A stretch of DNA of 64,000 nt from Dimorphilus gyrociliatus (Eukaryota > Animalia > Annelida), in the NCBI GenBank assembly GCA_904063045.1, contig CAJFCJ010000004.1, positions 1,977,713 to 2,041,712 on the forward strand, given 5' to 3'. The position numbers were made by a program, and so were the translations under genes. Below are positions 11,701 to 25,317 of the stretch, piece after piece. Positions within the stretch are counted from its first letter, which is position 1. Each line of letters opens with the position of its first letter. The notes beneath the pieces were generated by a model, which was given only the letters and a program-made list of their open reading frames with translations, was not told the DNA's origin and did no database searches.

Positions 11701-14700
11701 TTCGAGTTAAAAGATCATTAAATGAAATTTTTCTTTTATTTATCTTATTCTCTAACTCTTTTAAATGCTACTTTCATTTTTGTGCTGGAGTCTGTTGAAT
11801 GTCATATTTAATGACTGCTTTAAAGCAAAATGTCAGGGATTTTTATTGTTAATTACAAAGGAAATAGTATTTAAGAAAGGAATCGTAATAAATCATTTAT
11901 TAAAGAGTTTATAACTAATTAAATGCCTTTTACTACTGTTTAAATATCATTCAGAAGGGCATAAATTGCCTTTTCAACTTTTACGATCTAGGTATCTAGT
12001 TTAACGCAAAAAGCTCATTTTTTCCTAAGGTATCGAATAAATTGGTAACACATTTTCAAAAGAAGAAAAACTTAAAATAGATTCACTCATCTGTAATATA
12101 AACTTTTTATAAAGCAAAAAAAAGATGCGATGAAAAGTTCTCTTTTTGTCCCGAAGTGTACTAATGGAATTTTCCTACAGCAAGAGAAAATACGAAAGCA
12201 CGTAACAAGCACTGGCTGAAACCATAATGACTGTTTTCCATTTCACATCACCGGCACGGAAAATTGCGGGAGAAATAGGAAGCACAATAATGAGACCAAC
12301 TGCAACGTAAAAATGAAGAAAAATGAGATAAATTAAAGAAATTTTATTAACAGTTTTCTTTTTTTTTAGTAAATCTGTTCTTTTCGATTTTCTCTTTCTC
12401 TTATTTTTCCTGTACCCGTCTTATTCAAAAAAAAGAAAAATTTACAATAGAGTAAACACATAAAGAAATAGAAAACTCGTAAATTTCCTGCTTGCGTCAA
12501 TAAATAAGTAAACGAATTCTTCATTACACATGTTTTATTGATTTTAGCTTAACGTGAGCAACATATATAGATACTAAGACTTAGTCGATTAATAATCATT
12601 AAACGCTGTAGATTAGGATTATTTGTGATATCTTTATTTATAGATAAATTCTCTACTTGCATTCCTTTTTGTCTCTGTTTATATAAGTAAAAATGCTAGG
12701 AAGAGAGTATAGTGCTCTTTTACGCCCTTCGAAAGTAGTTTCAAAAGAACGAAAAGAGAACTCAAATACGAAAACTTAGACATACTCTAACGGCTGAGAC
12801 ATATCTAAGAACTTGTTCAATATCAATAAAAGGGCGTATTAAGTTCTCTATGTTGCATAGTATACTATCCTTAAATGCGAGTCGTTTAGTATTTTTATTG
12901 GGAATTATTTAAGTAGAATGCGTTTTATATAAGAAAGTGTCTATAGATTAAACTGGAATCTCTTATAACTATCACTTAATGATCTATATATACAATATAT
13001 ACTGTATACTCTTTATATATAGATATATGAACTATTTATAAATTTAGGATTAAACTATAATTCCTACGAATGTGTATAGATATAGTCAAGTGTGTGATGT
13101 CTACTATATATATATATATGCTGTCCGTATATACAGTATATATCTGTACTATATATCTTCAAATATACATATCTACCATGTATAATTTATTCAGTGCAAA
13201 TTGTAGAAAATCGATTTTCCGCTTCTTAATCGTTTTGTATAGACTTTTTAGTAGCAATTTGATGAACTATAAAATGAACATACAACGTTTAAAGCTCTAG
13301 CATATTAATATACAATATAGTACTTGCCGTATTCTATAGATAAATCTTCAAACTTATACTTTTATATAGAAAGTACATATATACTTTACTATTACTAAAT
13401 TATTTACAATTTCATCCTATAAAATTTATATAAACAAGTTTTATCAACCGTTCAAGTGAATGAGAAGAACCGAAAAGTATATAAAAGATCGATAATTGCG
13501 TTATATTCACTTAAAAATGTAACATTTTTCTCCAATTGCGTTTCAAGTTGTGTTTTCTCTATGCAATTTTTTTCTTCCTTTCTATCATTTAGCAATTTCC
13601 ACTGTTCATTTAGGAAGGAAAGAGAACAAGAGAAGAAATTAGTGGCAAGAGAAGGGAGTGGAAGATAATAAAAAAGCGAATGGTACTATACGGAAAGCGA
13701 TATCAAATAGAAGAAGCAAATAAATAAATATATATAGAAATTGATAATATGACAAGTTTGTCATTAATAAAATAGTTAGATTATAATGTATCTAAACAAT
13801 TTTCTTGTTTGCTAATATATATGATGCGCAAAAAGATTAACGAATTCATTAACTAATGGTTATATGTTTCTTTTTTCCATATACGTCTGAATTTTAGGCT
13901 AATAGGCTAGAATCTTGACATTTAGTTTTATTGTAGCGTGAAAGCGCTGTATAGATTTTCATTTTCTTAGCAATTCTTCGTTTTTCTCTTTCTACTTCTT
14001 GATTCAATTATTTATAGATATAACATCTATGTACTAAATACAGTATATACAGATATATATATTTATTTATAGTACATCATAAACTGTCTATTGCACAAAA
14101 TATACAAATGATCATTTAGGAATATTGCTCCTTTTTTTCTTTATTTGAAGTGAAAAAAAGGATATTTAAAAATGACCTAATGGAAAAAAGGATGATAAAT
14201 CACTCATACGATTTCTATTGAAGACACACCTTAGTTTCGGTGCAAATTTTCATATGCTTTTGCTATAGTTATTTATATGTATCCTAGAAAAAGTGTTTTA
14301 AATTAGGCATCAGTAGTACACTAGTTTAAGTAGATTGATTGCTTTAGTGTCTCTTTTACGCATAATGAACCTAATTAAAATTCTCGACAGGGTTTACGGC
14401 TGTAAGATGGTATCACCAAAACGCTTTGCTGCACAATTTCAAAATAATCTGCACTTAACCGGCTCAAGAGAACTAAAAACGGACCAAGTGCTCTCAACTA
14501 CGGAAAACTAAAACATCCCTTAGAAAAGCAAACAAAAAGCGATAAACAAACAACTAGGCAGCGTTTCATCAAAACCATCATCCATTATCGCTTATCTGAA
14601 TAGGCGCGGTGCATCCAATCGTGACCCGACTCGAAAAACTGGAAAAATTAGGTTTCGGAACTAACCTGTTAGTATATTATTTTTTCTAAGTGACGACGTT

Positions 14701-14964
14701 AATCTTTTCGCAATATTTGTATTTTCTTATTTAAGTTGGTCAGCTTAGTCACTAAAGTAAAGGCAAATAGTTGAGTTCTTTTTACAAAAATGAATTGAAG
14801 TTTTGCAGATCAAGAATTTTGCAGTTTTAGATTTTCTCCGTTCTTGGACGAGACTGTCTTGCTAAGTGGGCTGGAATCACGGACTTATTGCTTTTGATTA
14901 CTTATAAATTAGAAGAGGAATTGGTACCCTGCTTAAAGAACTTCTCTATCGAACATTTCGCAAA

Positions 14965-14973
14965 CGCCATCTA
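14965..14973 (-). promoter_or_regulatory. CTCF-like motif core (TAGATGGCG), reverse orientation
   Basis: CGCCATCTA on + strand; matches the core of the invertebrate CTCF consensus CCAC/CAG-TAGATGGCGC. Confidence 0.4.
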
Positions 14974-17233
14974 TATGCCGGTCTCTTAAAAATTTATAGC
15001 AGCAAGTTTGTATTTGCTAGATTTGATTAGTTTTATCGAAATTTGGCGTCTTTTATCTGATGTATGTTTGTTTTATCATACGAAAATTGCTGTCTGTGTC
15101 AGCTGATTATCCGAAATTGTTGGTTCTATATTCAAATTAGAAAGTATCAGTCAGAATCTATCGTCTTCTTTCTCTCCCATTTTTTCTTATCTTTCCACTT
15201 TCTTTACGTGATTAGAATTTTCGACATCCGTTCAAACGGCACGCAAGCAAACTACTCTTCCTGATGATTTTAATAAATATTCGATTCATTTTTTTCGCCA
15301 GAATTAGGATGAAAGAAGACAAGAGCACGAATTTTTCAAGATGCTGAGAATTTCTATAAGGAATTACTTTCTTATCTTAACTACTTGATAAAACTCTTGA
15401 ATGATATTGATATCCTTATCCTGCTGTAGTGTATTTGATCATTTTTTCTCTCAAAGTCAACTCTTCTTCTGATAGTTACCCTTATCAGAAAGAATAAAAA
15501 TAAGTATAAAAAAGACAGAAAGACAAAAAGAAAAAGACTTTGTATATATGATATATACCATATAAAGAAGATAATAAGAAGAGAACCAAGAAGCAAAGCA
15601 ATGAATAGGAAGGGGACAGACAAGACAAGACAAGATAAGACAGACAGACAGACAGACAGGGAGAAATATATACATATAGATATAAAAGATGTAGAGAATA
15701 GAGTAAAAAATTGATAGTTTAGACACATCAAACATATAGTAAATGATGATAATGATTTTTAGTTTCATGTGATGAAGTATGAATCGTTAAATAGAGAAAC
15801 AAACTAGAAAGATAAGGTATATTCTACAAACAAAGATAATAGATTCTCAGAAATACTGAGTTTGATAAATTGAATTAAATTTATTCAGTAAAATTCCTTG
15901 CGTAAGTCAATGGTATTAACAGATTGCGGAAAATTTTTAACAGGTTGCACCTACGCACTCTTTTTCCTTTCACTATTTGACTTTATCACATTCATAACAC
16001 TTACACTTTTTCGCTCCTTCTATCTATCTCTATCTTTCTAAGACTTAAGTAGGTAAAAACTTCACTTTTGCTTTTTTCTGAGGGTTGCTAATTCAATTTA
16101 TCATTTCAAGAGTATAAAATATTAGAAACGGAAATACACGGTAATATAGTTAAAGAAGATAAATTCGAAATATAAGTTTTCTTTTCTACATGGATGAACA
16201 TAATGTACTTTACGTAAGGCGTATTTTATGGGCTTTTAATAAATTACTGTTGGCTACAGGCAAAAATGGTCTTTTTAAAAGTCGTTTGGTTTTGAATTAT
16301 TAATAGGGTTCTTATTCTTTTTTCCTGTAAGAACTAATGATATTTATATGTTATAAACAAGAAGCAGGAAACCGTTGGAAGAGAGCTAGAGAGAGAGAGG
16401 GGGGGCAGGGAGAGAGAGAGAGTCAGAAAGACAGATTAAAGTGGTTGAAGGAAAGAAAGTTACGAAGACAAATTAATATAATCAGTCAATACTAAAAAGC
16501 AGGGTAAAAAGTATTTAATAAAAAAGTACTGTACTAAGTAGCGTAGAGTGAAAGAAAAAAAAAACAATTTCATTCATTTGGTTATAAATTTTATTTCTCT
16601 TCGGCTAAAAATAACAACTTTTTCTTTAGGTTATCAACAACAATGGTCCCTATTATAGTCTTATAGACTACCTTGCCTTCGGTTTATGAATATTATACAT
16701 TGTTATAGTTTGCAACAGTATCATCTACCTCGTATCCTCTTGGTATTGGAAAAGAATTTATCATTGCAATACAATAAAGAGAGTCTGAATAGGTTTTTAT
16801 TCAAAAAACGATTGCTATTGAATTCTTTAATTATTCTTGTCGAGTTGGGAAGAATAATGTTAGGACGTACAAGATTTCCTTAATTAAGATCTATTCACGG
16901 TTGTTTAGTAAATAGACATTTAACGATATACTTTAAGTATTATTACTTTCATTTCTATGGAATTCTTTATCTTTAGCTCTTTCTCTTAAAATCGTCTATT
17001 AAAATCTGTAAACGGCGTAAAAATTGAGAGTAGACATTATAGTAAGGATTCCGATTGTACTATATTCTCTCTTTCTCCGCATCTAATCTCCATATGTTCG
17101 AAGAGCTTTAGAAAAGATTCTACAGAAAGAAATTCTACGACGAATCCTTTCTTTATCTTGTTTAACCAGATAAAATCCTAGTATAATGTAATTTTGTCTG
17201 ATTGGTAAAAGTGAGCCTTTGTTAATGGTGACT

Positions 17234-17247
17234 ATCGATAGATGGCG
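17234..17247 (+). promoter_or_regulatory. CTCF-like core TAGATGGCG overlapping a DRE-like palindrome TATCGATA
   Basis: actatcgatagatggcg: TATCGATA 17234-17241, TAGATGGCG 17239-17247. Confidence 0.4.
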
Positions 17248-19939
17248 ATATTTAGTGGGTGGCACCTACAGGAAAGGAGGGAAATTACTATTCCTCACCA
17301 AATAAGTATGATTATTCACTAAAACTAATGTAAAGTTGAAGATCGGAAGCCTACTTTTAGTATATGAACTAGGAAGCTTTCTTGATAAAATAGACTTCAA
17401 GGTTGCCTTGTTATAGTGAAAATCGCATCTTTATTCTGAATAGTAAAAAGGGAGACAAAAAGAGATAAAGAGCAGTGGATTTTTAAGAAAAGGAATGGGG
17501 GTGTTCTTTAAGGGTATGATTATTGCAAAAAATAACTTTATAAACGAGCTTTTCAACATCATAAAATTTCCTTTCTATTCTTTTTCATCATAGATTTAAT
17601 ACATGGAAACGGTCCAAATATATATACAGTATATAGTCAATTTCTCTTAACGAGTCTTTCTTTTCCTATAAAACATACTATAAAGGAAATATTGAGGAAA
17701 TCTTATATATTTGTCATGTAATATACTGTATATACTGTATATATGTATATATTAGTATGCCTTATCTACTGAATATAAGTATGGAAAATATTTCCTGTTT
17801 TCACATGAAAACACCATTCCCTTTCGTATTAACAAAATAAGAAATTTGTACTACTAAGGGAAAAGCAAAAGACTAATAATTTTCTAGTCGTGCGTTAATA
17901 TTGAATGTAATCTTAGACAGATTTGTTCTTATTAATCTATTATTACTAATAAATAAAAAGCCATGTATAATAAACTACAAAAAAGAATGATCAATTCTAT
18001 TTTAGCAACTGATACCATATCTTGCAGCAAAATAATTATTTTTTCTTGCCTCTTCAACTAATACTTTTCATATAAAATTTTTCTTGTAAGTTTGTTCGGT
18101 ATCTTTATTTTTCATTCAGAGAGGCGACTTATAAGGTAATTTCCATATGAAAATATTATAGTACCTACAGTACCCTGGATATAGATGATAAATAAGAAAT
18201 GGATTTTTTTTTGTAATAATATAGCCTTCTATATATACTTTATACAGTATATATATATAAACGTACTATATACAAAATTAGATGTGAAAAGTAGTAACAT
18301 ACTTTTAATATAGAATTAAATAAGTAAGCTTTAAATAAACAATAAAAACAGTGCAAAAGAAGCAACATAGAATAAAATATATCTATATATAATATAGTTT
18401 CTTTAAATAGATCTGTGATTATGATACCACCCTTTTAAAATACATCGAAAATATTTATTTGTCATAATATCAATAGATGTTGTCTTTATTTTCTAACAAT
18501 ACTATTTATTTGCAATAGACAGCACATTATATTAATTTTTTATTTTATATTTTCTTTTATTTAGTAGTAAAGTAACAATATTTTAAAAATGCAATTATTT
18601 CCTTTCAAATGTAACAAAATTTAAAGAGAAGATCTATATATATATATATATATTCTATATATATAATATACATATAATTAATGTATTTGTACACTGTAAT
18701 CATCTTCTTATATATCTTAAATAATCTTCAAATTGAAAAATTCTCTCATTTATTTACCAAGCATTTACTGATATTATATCGAAAAGTGCTGTACCAGTAT
18801 CCATAGTAAAGAGTAGTTTGCTAAATGCATCATTTTCTTAAACGTTGTAGAAATGGAAACAACTGTTTTTCTAGTAGTAGGAAAATCTTTTGACTCTAAA
18901 TATTTGCCTTTTTAACTCTATAATTTGAACACTATCCATTTATTAATGATAACTTTTGTACATTATGCGCCTAGTCTATTTATTTAAACTTTTAGTTCAG
19001 TTAAAAAGTTCTTCAGTGATATTTCATTCTCAAATCTTTATATTTATATGTACATTTTACTTTTACTGCTCTAGATTTACAGTCAATATTTATAAAAATA
19101 ATATAGTAATAAAAGATTTCTTAATAGTTACGGAAATTACTCGTAAAATTTACTCAAAGTAAAGAAAAATATTGATTGAGAGTATGGAAAATAAATAGGA
19201 AAAGGACATAAAGTGTATGCGATAGAGCTATGTTATAATAATGACAGCATTTATAGTAATAATGGATAGAAATGTAATTAGAAATTTCACTCATTAACTA
19301 TTAGAAACATTCCTATTGAACCATAAGATTGATTTTATATAATGAAAGAAACTTTTAAGGTTGTTTGGTAGGTTTCACTAAAACAAAAGATCATGAATAT
19401 CAAAAGGATAGGAATTCATTTTTAAAGGGGTATTTTTGAAACTAAGAATCATAAAAAGTTTACTTTAAAGGAAAGAAAAGAAGTTTACAAAATAATACAT
19501 TAAATGCAAAAAACTTAATCTGTAAGATAAGATTATCTTCATTAACATTTGATAATTTTAGCATAATATGTTCATCATGTGCCAAAATGTGAATTTTTAG
19601 ATTCTCTACTTAAAAAGTTCTTCTGTGGAAGAACGTATAATATTTGTATAGCTCTCTTTTTAATATTTCAGCTGCAATTACAGATAAATAATTGTTATGC
19701 AATAGCGAAATAAGAAATGATATAATGCATACTGATTTGAAAAGCCAGCCTTTCCCTAAAGATGGCGATACCTTTTCGTAAAGCTTAAAAGTCAATGGAA
19801 ATTCTGTGTGAAAAGAAAAGCCTTAAAATAGACTTTATCGCACAAAGACCATTTCATCTTAAAGAGAAACGTCACTTCCTCTATAACATCTCCGAAAACG
19901 TCTCTATACTTAAAATACTATATACAAAAAATAATACTC

Positions 19940-20276
19940 AAGCGTAAATAACGACGTGATGCCTACTGTTGACGCCCTATAACGCGCGATTAAACGCGGA
20001 AACGTCGCTAAACAATCTGCGAACACTTAATGTTGAATCTACATATAATCTCTGAGAAAATAACCTAAGAAATCCTTATATCTCATCAGCCCAGACTGTG
20101 CAACAACCATAAAACCAATATTATATAGACTAATAGACTTTCTGAACGCTTAATTACGAGCACGTCAAACCTTATTATCATATTTCGCGCCGACACTGGC
20201 GCCGTCTACGTCCGCGCAAGCAATCGCCGTCGAGCCGACGGATGGATTAACTTTTTTCGTTTTTACAAAGTGAAAA
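19940..20276 (+). promoter_or_regulatory. CpG-rich putative promoter/5' UTR of the VGLUT gene
   Basis: Dense CpG patch (acgcgcg, cgcgccgacactggcgccgtctacgtccgcgc, cgccgtcgagccgacgg) in very AT-rich DNA, immediately upstream of the predicted ATG at 20277. Confidence 0.6.
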
Positions 20277-20542
20277 ATGTCGTTTAAGGAAACGGTCGTC
20301 ACCGTTCTTGAATCGGTTGGAAGAGCAATTGGTGACGCCGCTTTCGCCGTTAAACAAACCGTAGTTAGGTGAGTTTTTTTTTCTCAAGGCAGTCTACATC
20401 TTATTGCTATCTTTGCTGACGGAGTGTTGTGAATAATGTAAGATCAGAAAAGTTTATTACTTTAGTTTCTTTTCTTGGAATAAGTTAGTTTAAATTAGAT
20501 AGTAATTTAATAGGCTTTATGAAAAAATAGAAGAGAAAAGAG

Positions 20543-20573
<31 letters not shown>

Positions 20574-20636
20574 CGGAGAGTGAAAGTGAGAAATTGATAG
20601 AGATAGCTGCAAAATCAGTGTGTGTATGTTTGTTAG

Positions 20637-20667
<31 letters not shown>

Positions 20668-23600
20668 GAAAGACATGGAGAAGGATAGAAAAATAGATAG
20701 ATAAAGTTAAAGAAAATTGAAATTAATTCATTCTCAATATTTTTAATGGAATTAAACATCTATTTTTCCAGATTTCTTATAAATTTATACTTTTTGAATA
20801 GTACAGTATTATCGTAGTTTCAACGTGTTTTTTTTTATTTTTAAATACAATGTAATCTCAAGTAAATTACATTCTTTTTCGTATAAAAAGGAAAATCAAA
20901 AACTAAACGTTTCCATACGACAAAGCAATATTGGTATATTCTTTGGCATTTATTTTCTAATTGACATTTCTGTGCAATCTTTTTCGTACCATATTAATCG
21001 TATATGAGAAAATTAGTAGTTTATAACACTAACTTTTTAACTATTGAATACTTATATATAGTTACATATTACAATTTTGTTTATTTTTTTTAATAATCTC
21101 TACAAAAGTTTGTATTGTTGAGATTATTATTACAGTTTTTGTTTTTATTTGTATTCTCTCTCTCTCTCTCTCTTATAATCTTCTTGTTGAATAGATTAAT
21201 TCATTATTTATTTATATGTAATTGGTAAATGTTAAATCTTCTTTTAGCCTTATCTGTCAAAGAATTAGTGTAGGTTTTGGAAAAAGACATATTAGCTGTA
21301 AATAACTAGTATGCTCTATATAATCATAACATTATTATATTTAACTATCTCCCTCTTTCGCTCTTTCTCTATCTAGATGTTTAAAATTTAATTTTAATTT
21401 TCGTCTTTTAATATAACCTAAAGAAATTTAATTAATATTGAGGATAGGAAGTTCTTTGAGGCAGAATATGATATTATAGTCTTGAGCTTTTCAGGATTGA
21501 AAAGTGTATACAATAAGATAGAATTATTTGAATAATTATATCCTTTACAAAAGGTTTGGTATACAGTTATGTAAAGCCTTACTTGTTCCATTTTCCACAT
21601 GTTGATCTGTAAGGAGAATGTTAATAAAAACAACGTTATATATACAGTATATATATATATATATATATGAAACTGAAGATATGTACTCTTTGCATTTGTC
21701 CAAGTTTCTTCTATAACAAAAAAAAATAAGTTAACAACAATAACAAGCTTATAATTAGGTGAAGAAAACGAAAAGGAAAGAGCTATAGGCAACATTTTCG
21801 GTTCCGCTTTCCTCTCAGTCTCTTTTAGTCTATTGTGTGGAACGCCGCCACTACCAAGTCCATTACTGCTGTTTACGGAGGCATTTGCATAATTAATTGC
21901 CGATCGAAAGCAGACCGAATTCTATTACGGCCGACTAGGCAAATTTATATAGTGGAGAAGACTTAGAAAATTGCGGAAGTCGTACAAAGCGTTTGTAAAG
22001 CGGTACGAGTCGAATGTTAAAAGCATTGAAAAAATATCTAGTACAGAGGAATGCTGATAAAAAAATTGAGCATTAATTTCTAGCTATATTTTTTTTATGG
22101 ATATGCCGATATGTTTGTTAGGCTTTTTCTTTACTTAAATTCCATTAATTATTACAAAAGTTGAACGCAAATCCATTAACGAAATTCGTATCTCTCACTT
22201 CACATATTAAAAGTAGTTTGTTGAGTTTGCTTATATACTTATGTAGTATATTTACTGAATATTTCCAATACTCTCATTCAACTGTACGATAATAATAGTT
22301 TAGTTTTTCTTCTCTTTTCTATTTCGATTCTCTTTATCTTCGTTAAAATAACATTTTGTATGGGAAAGGAAAGGAAAAAGCCAAGAGAGGAAAGTATTAA
22401 AAGAAAGATGATGTCTAATCGAATAACTTGATTTGTAATTCAAAGGACTAGGAAGTTTTAGTTCACCACAATATTCTATGCAATTGTAGATTCAGCTAGA
22501 CTCTTAGCTGACATGAAAATAAAGAACTTTCTCTTCTTAATTCCTTTATTAATAAACATTTTCTCATCTTTTATTTCTCTTTCTATGAAGGAATATAGAG
22601 ATAGGGCTTTTAGCTCTGCGTAGACACCAGATAGACTTACCTGGATAACTACTTTATTGAAAGGAGAATAAAAGTTCCCTATTGTTAAAATCTTTCCTAC
22701 TATTCTGCAGTTAGACAAAATATTCTTTTAATTCACCATATGAAATACTAAATTGAAATATCCTAATAGGTGCAAGCTTTGTGGATTGCAATTTTCAAAT
22801 CTTATAAATAGATTTTTGTGTAGAGTTTCATAAAATAGTCTTATCTTCTTAGAGAATTGAATTTTATTTCCAAGTCTTTCCTATCTTTCGACGATTTGAC
22901 ACTAATAGAAAAAGTTGTTTGATATTGATACGCAAAGGAAAAGAAACATATATCTGTTGGCTTTTAAGTCTGGTATTATTAGTTTTAATCACGGGAGTAA
23001 AGGGATAATTGGCAATTGGATCAGTAATCTCTTTCCCTCTATATTTATGTTGATATAAATATTAATAAATATGTTTATATACACTTATGTAAAAGTAATA
23101 TTATCGAGCTACATGTAAGAATACATTAAGGTCCAGGGCTCAGAATGGTATTTCAAGAAATAGTGTATTTCTCCTTTATATCTAAATTAATTCTGAGAGA
23201 ATTAAATCAAGCATTAATGAAAGCTATAAATTTATTTCTATATTATAGCAGCAGAAGTGACAAATGCATCCATAAATTTTAATTGTATCCATAAATAACT
23301 AGGTAGGATATTTGGTCCAGTGAGAGAGAGCTATGAAGGAATAAACAGAACAGGAAGAGAAAGAGACAGAGACAGAGATACAGATTATATACGATAGAAA
23401 GAGCACGAGAAGTTCATTGATAAAAATAAAATTGAAAGGAAAAAATTGAAAGGAGAAATTTTATGAGCAATTGTGTGTGTTTATAAATAATCTCTCTGAA
23501 TATACATCTAAAAGTATGATTTAAGTTAGAAATGAAAATAAATCAATAGATTCCTTATAGTATATTACATTAGCATTGAAAAATAACGGAACGTGCTTAC

Positions 23601-25046
23601 TAATGTATAATCTGTACACCGTACTATTTGTTGACAAACAATTACTGTCAAATTTTTATTCTAGTCATGCCCATTTGTATTTTGTTGCATTGCTTTTTAG
23701 TAGGATTAAGAAAATGAAAATCTCATTAGAACAAATTGAAAATAAACATTATAGTTTAGTTAGTAAACTTTGTTGGATTCATCCTTAAAAAGAGGCGAAA
23801 ATAATGAAATATTAATGAAATCTTTAGAGGCTATTGTAAAGAGTGAGTGCTAAAAGCATTCAGAGGTGATGGAACGCCCAAAGCTTCCCGACTAATGTAA
23901 TCCACAATTTTTCAATCTGACAAATGCTGATACTATGAAGACCTATATAAACTTTGTGCGTACTACTGTATACATTTATTTCATATATATGCTAGCGATA
24001 TTTGAAATTCCCAGGCTTTTCACTGCTTCATAATACTCTTTACATACAATATATCCTTTCTAGGCTTACAATATTACCGCTTGACAAACAATCACGGCCG
24101 ATGCCAGCAGAAATAAGAACAAAAAGAATGTTTGTACTAGTCAAACTTAGCTGATCGAATTGCGTGGGGGGAGAGAAGAGAAAGGGAAATACTTAAAAAT
24201 TGCTCAATTTTTAAGTCACCAACACAGTTGGAGTTTATACATCGTCCCTTTACCTTGTTCTTAGGGGTTTTAACTAGGATTAAAAGAGATTAGCATCTCC
24301 CGGCCCGAAATATTATTGTCCGCTTTTGAGATAGTTCACTTGCTTTTTTCTCTCTCTGAATCTTTTCCTTATTTAAGTTGGAATCTGTAATAATTGATAA
24401 ATAACTCTTAAGTTTGTTATTTATCTTCTCTCATAAACTCAATGCAATAAGAGAGGGCGGGAAGTTCTATATAAACTTTTAAATAAAGACGTCAAAAGAA
24501 CCGAAGGGTGTCACAAAACACCAAAACCATTTAATATAGACTAACGGCCCTATTATTAGCAAGGTCCTTCGGTCGGGCGTTTTTTTACGCATCCACATGC
24601 GGTCCATTTAGACTTACAATAGGCCGTCTAGAATTCGACGCCCCGCAGCTCTAGGCCTACATTTGCGTCTAATTCCGTTATAAAAGATGCGCACAAAGGC
24701 GCTATCGATTCGAAGCTCTCTCCGTAATATTCTGACCTTTACAGGTCCACAAGCTATTTACGTTATGAAAAAGTTTTTTTTTTTTATTTATTTCCTTCTC
24801 ATTTTAACCAAAAAAACCTGTTATTATTAATCAATCAACTAGGAAACTTTGACATATTCAACATAAAAATAATCATACAAAATGTTAATTAACACATTTA
24901 ATAGTAAAAGAAAATTTAATTTTAAAGTCAAATCAAATACGTATCTAACAGATATTAGTTTGGATATAACGCAATCTATATGTTTCTATATCAACTATAT
25001 TACCTATATATCTATATATTCTACTATAATATCTAGAATATAATAT

Positions 25047-25098
<52 letters not shown>

Positions 25099-25276
25099 AC
25101 TGTATACATAGTACTATATTAATATTTTAAAAATATAACGAAATAACGTTAAATTAAGAGAACAAATGTAGATTAAATATAGCTTTTGTTACGGTTGTCA
25201 ATTATATTTTAGATTCATTCATATTTTTACCTCTTTCTCTCTCTCTCTCTCTCTAAAAATATATAAAATATGTATA

Positions 25277-25317
<41 letters not shown>

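Noticed and set aside
14407-14511. 34-codon ORF MVSPKRFAAQ... after an AG acceptor-like site
   Set aside because: Length expected by chance; no homology or partner exon identified.
22634-22644. ACTTACCTGG resembling the U1 snRNA 5' end
   Set aside because: No downstream U1 stem-loops or Sm site; it is simply the reverse complement of a consensus 5' splice site.
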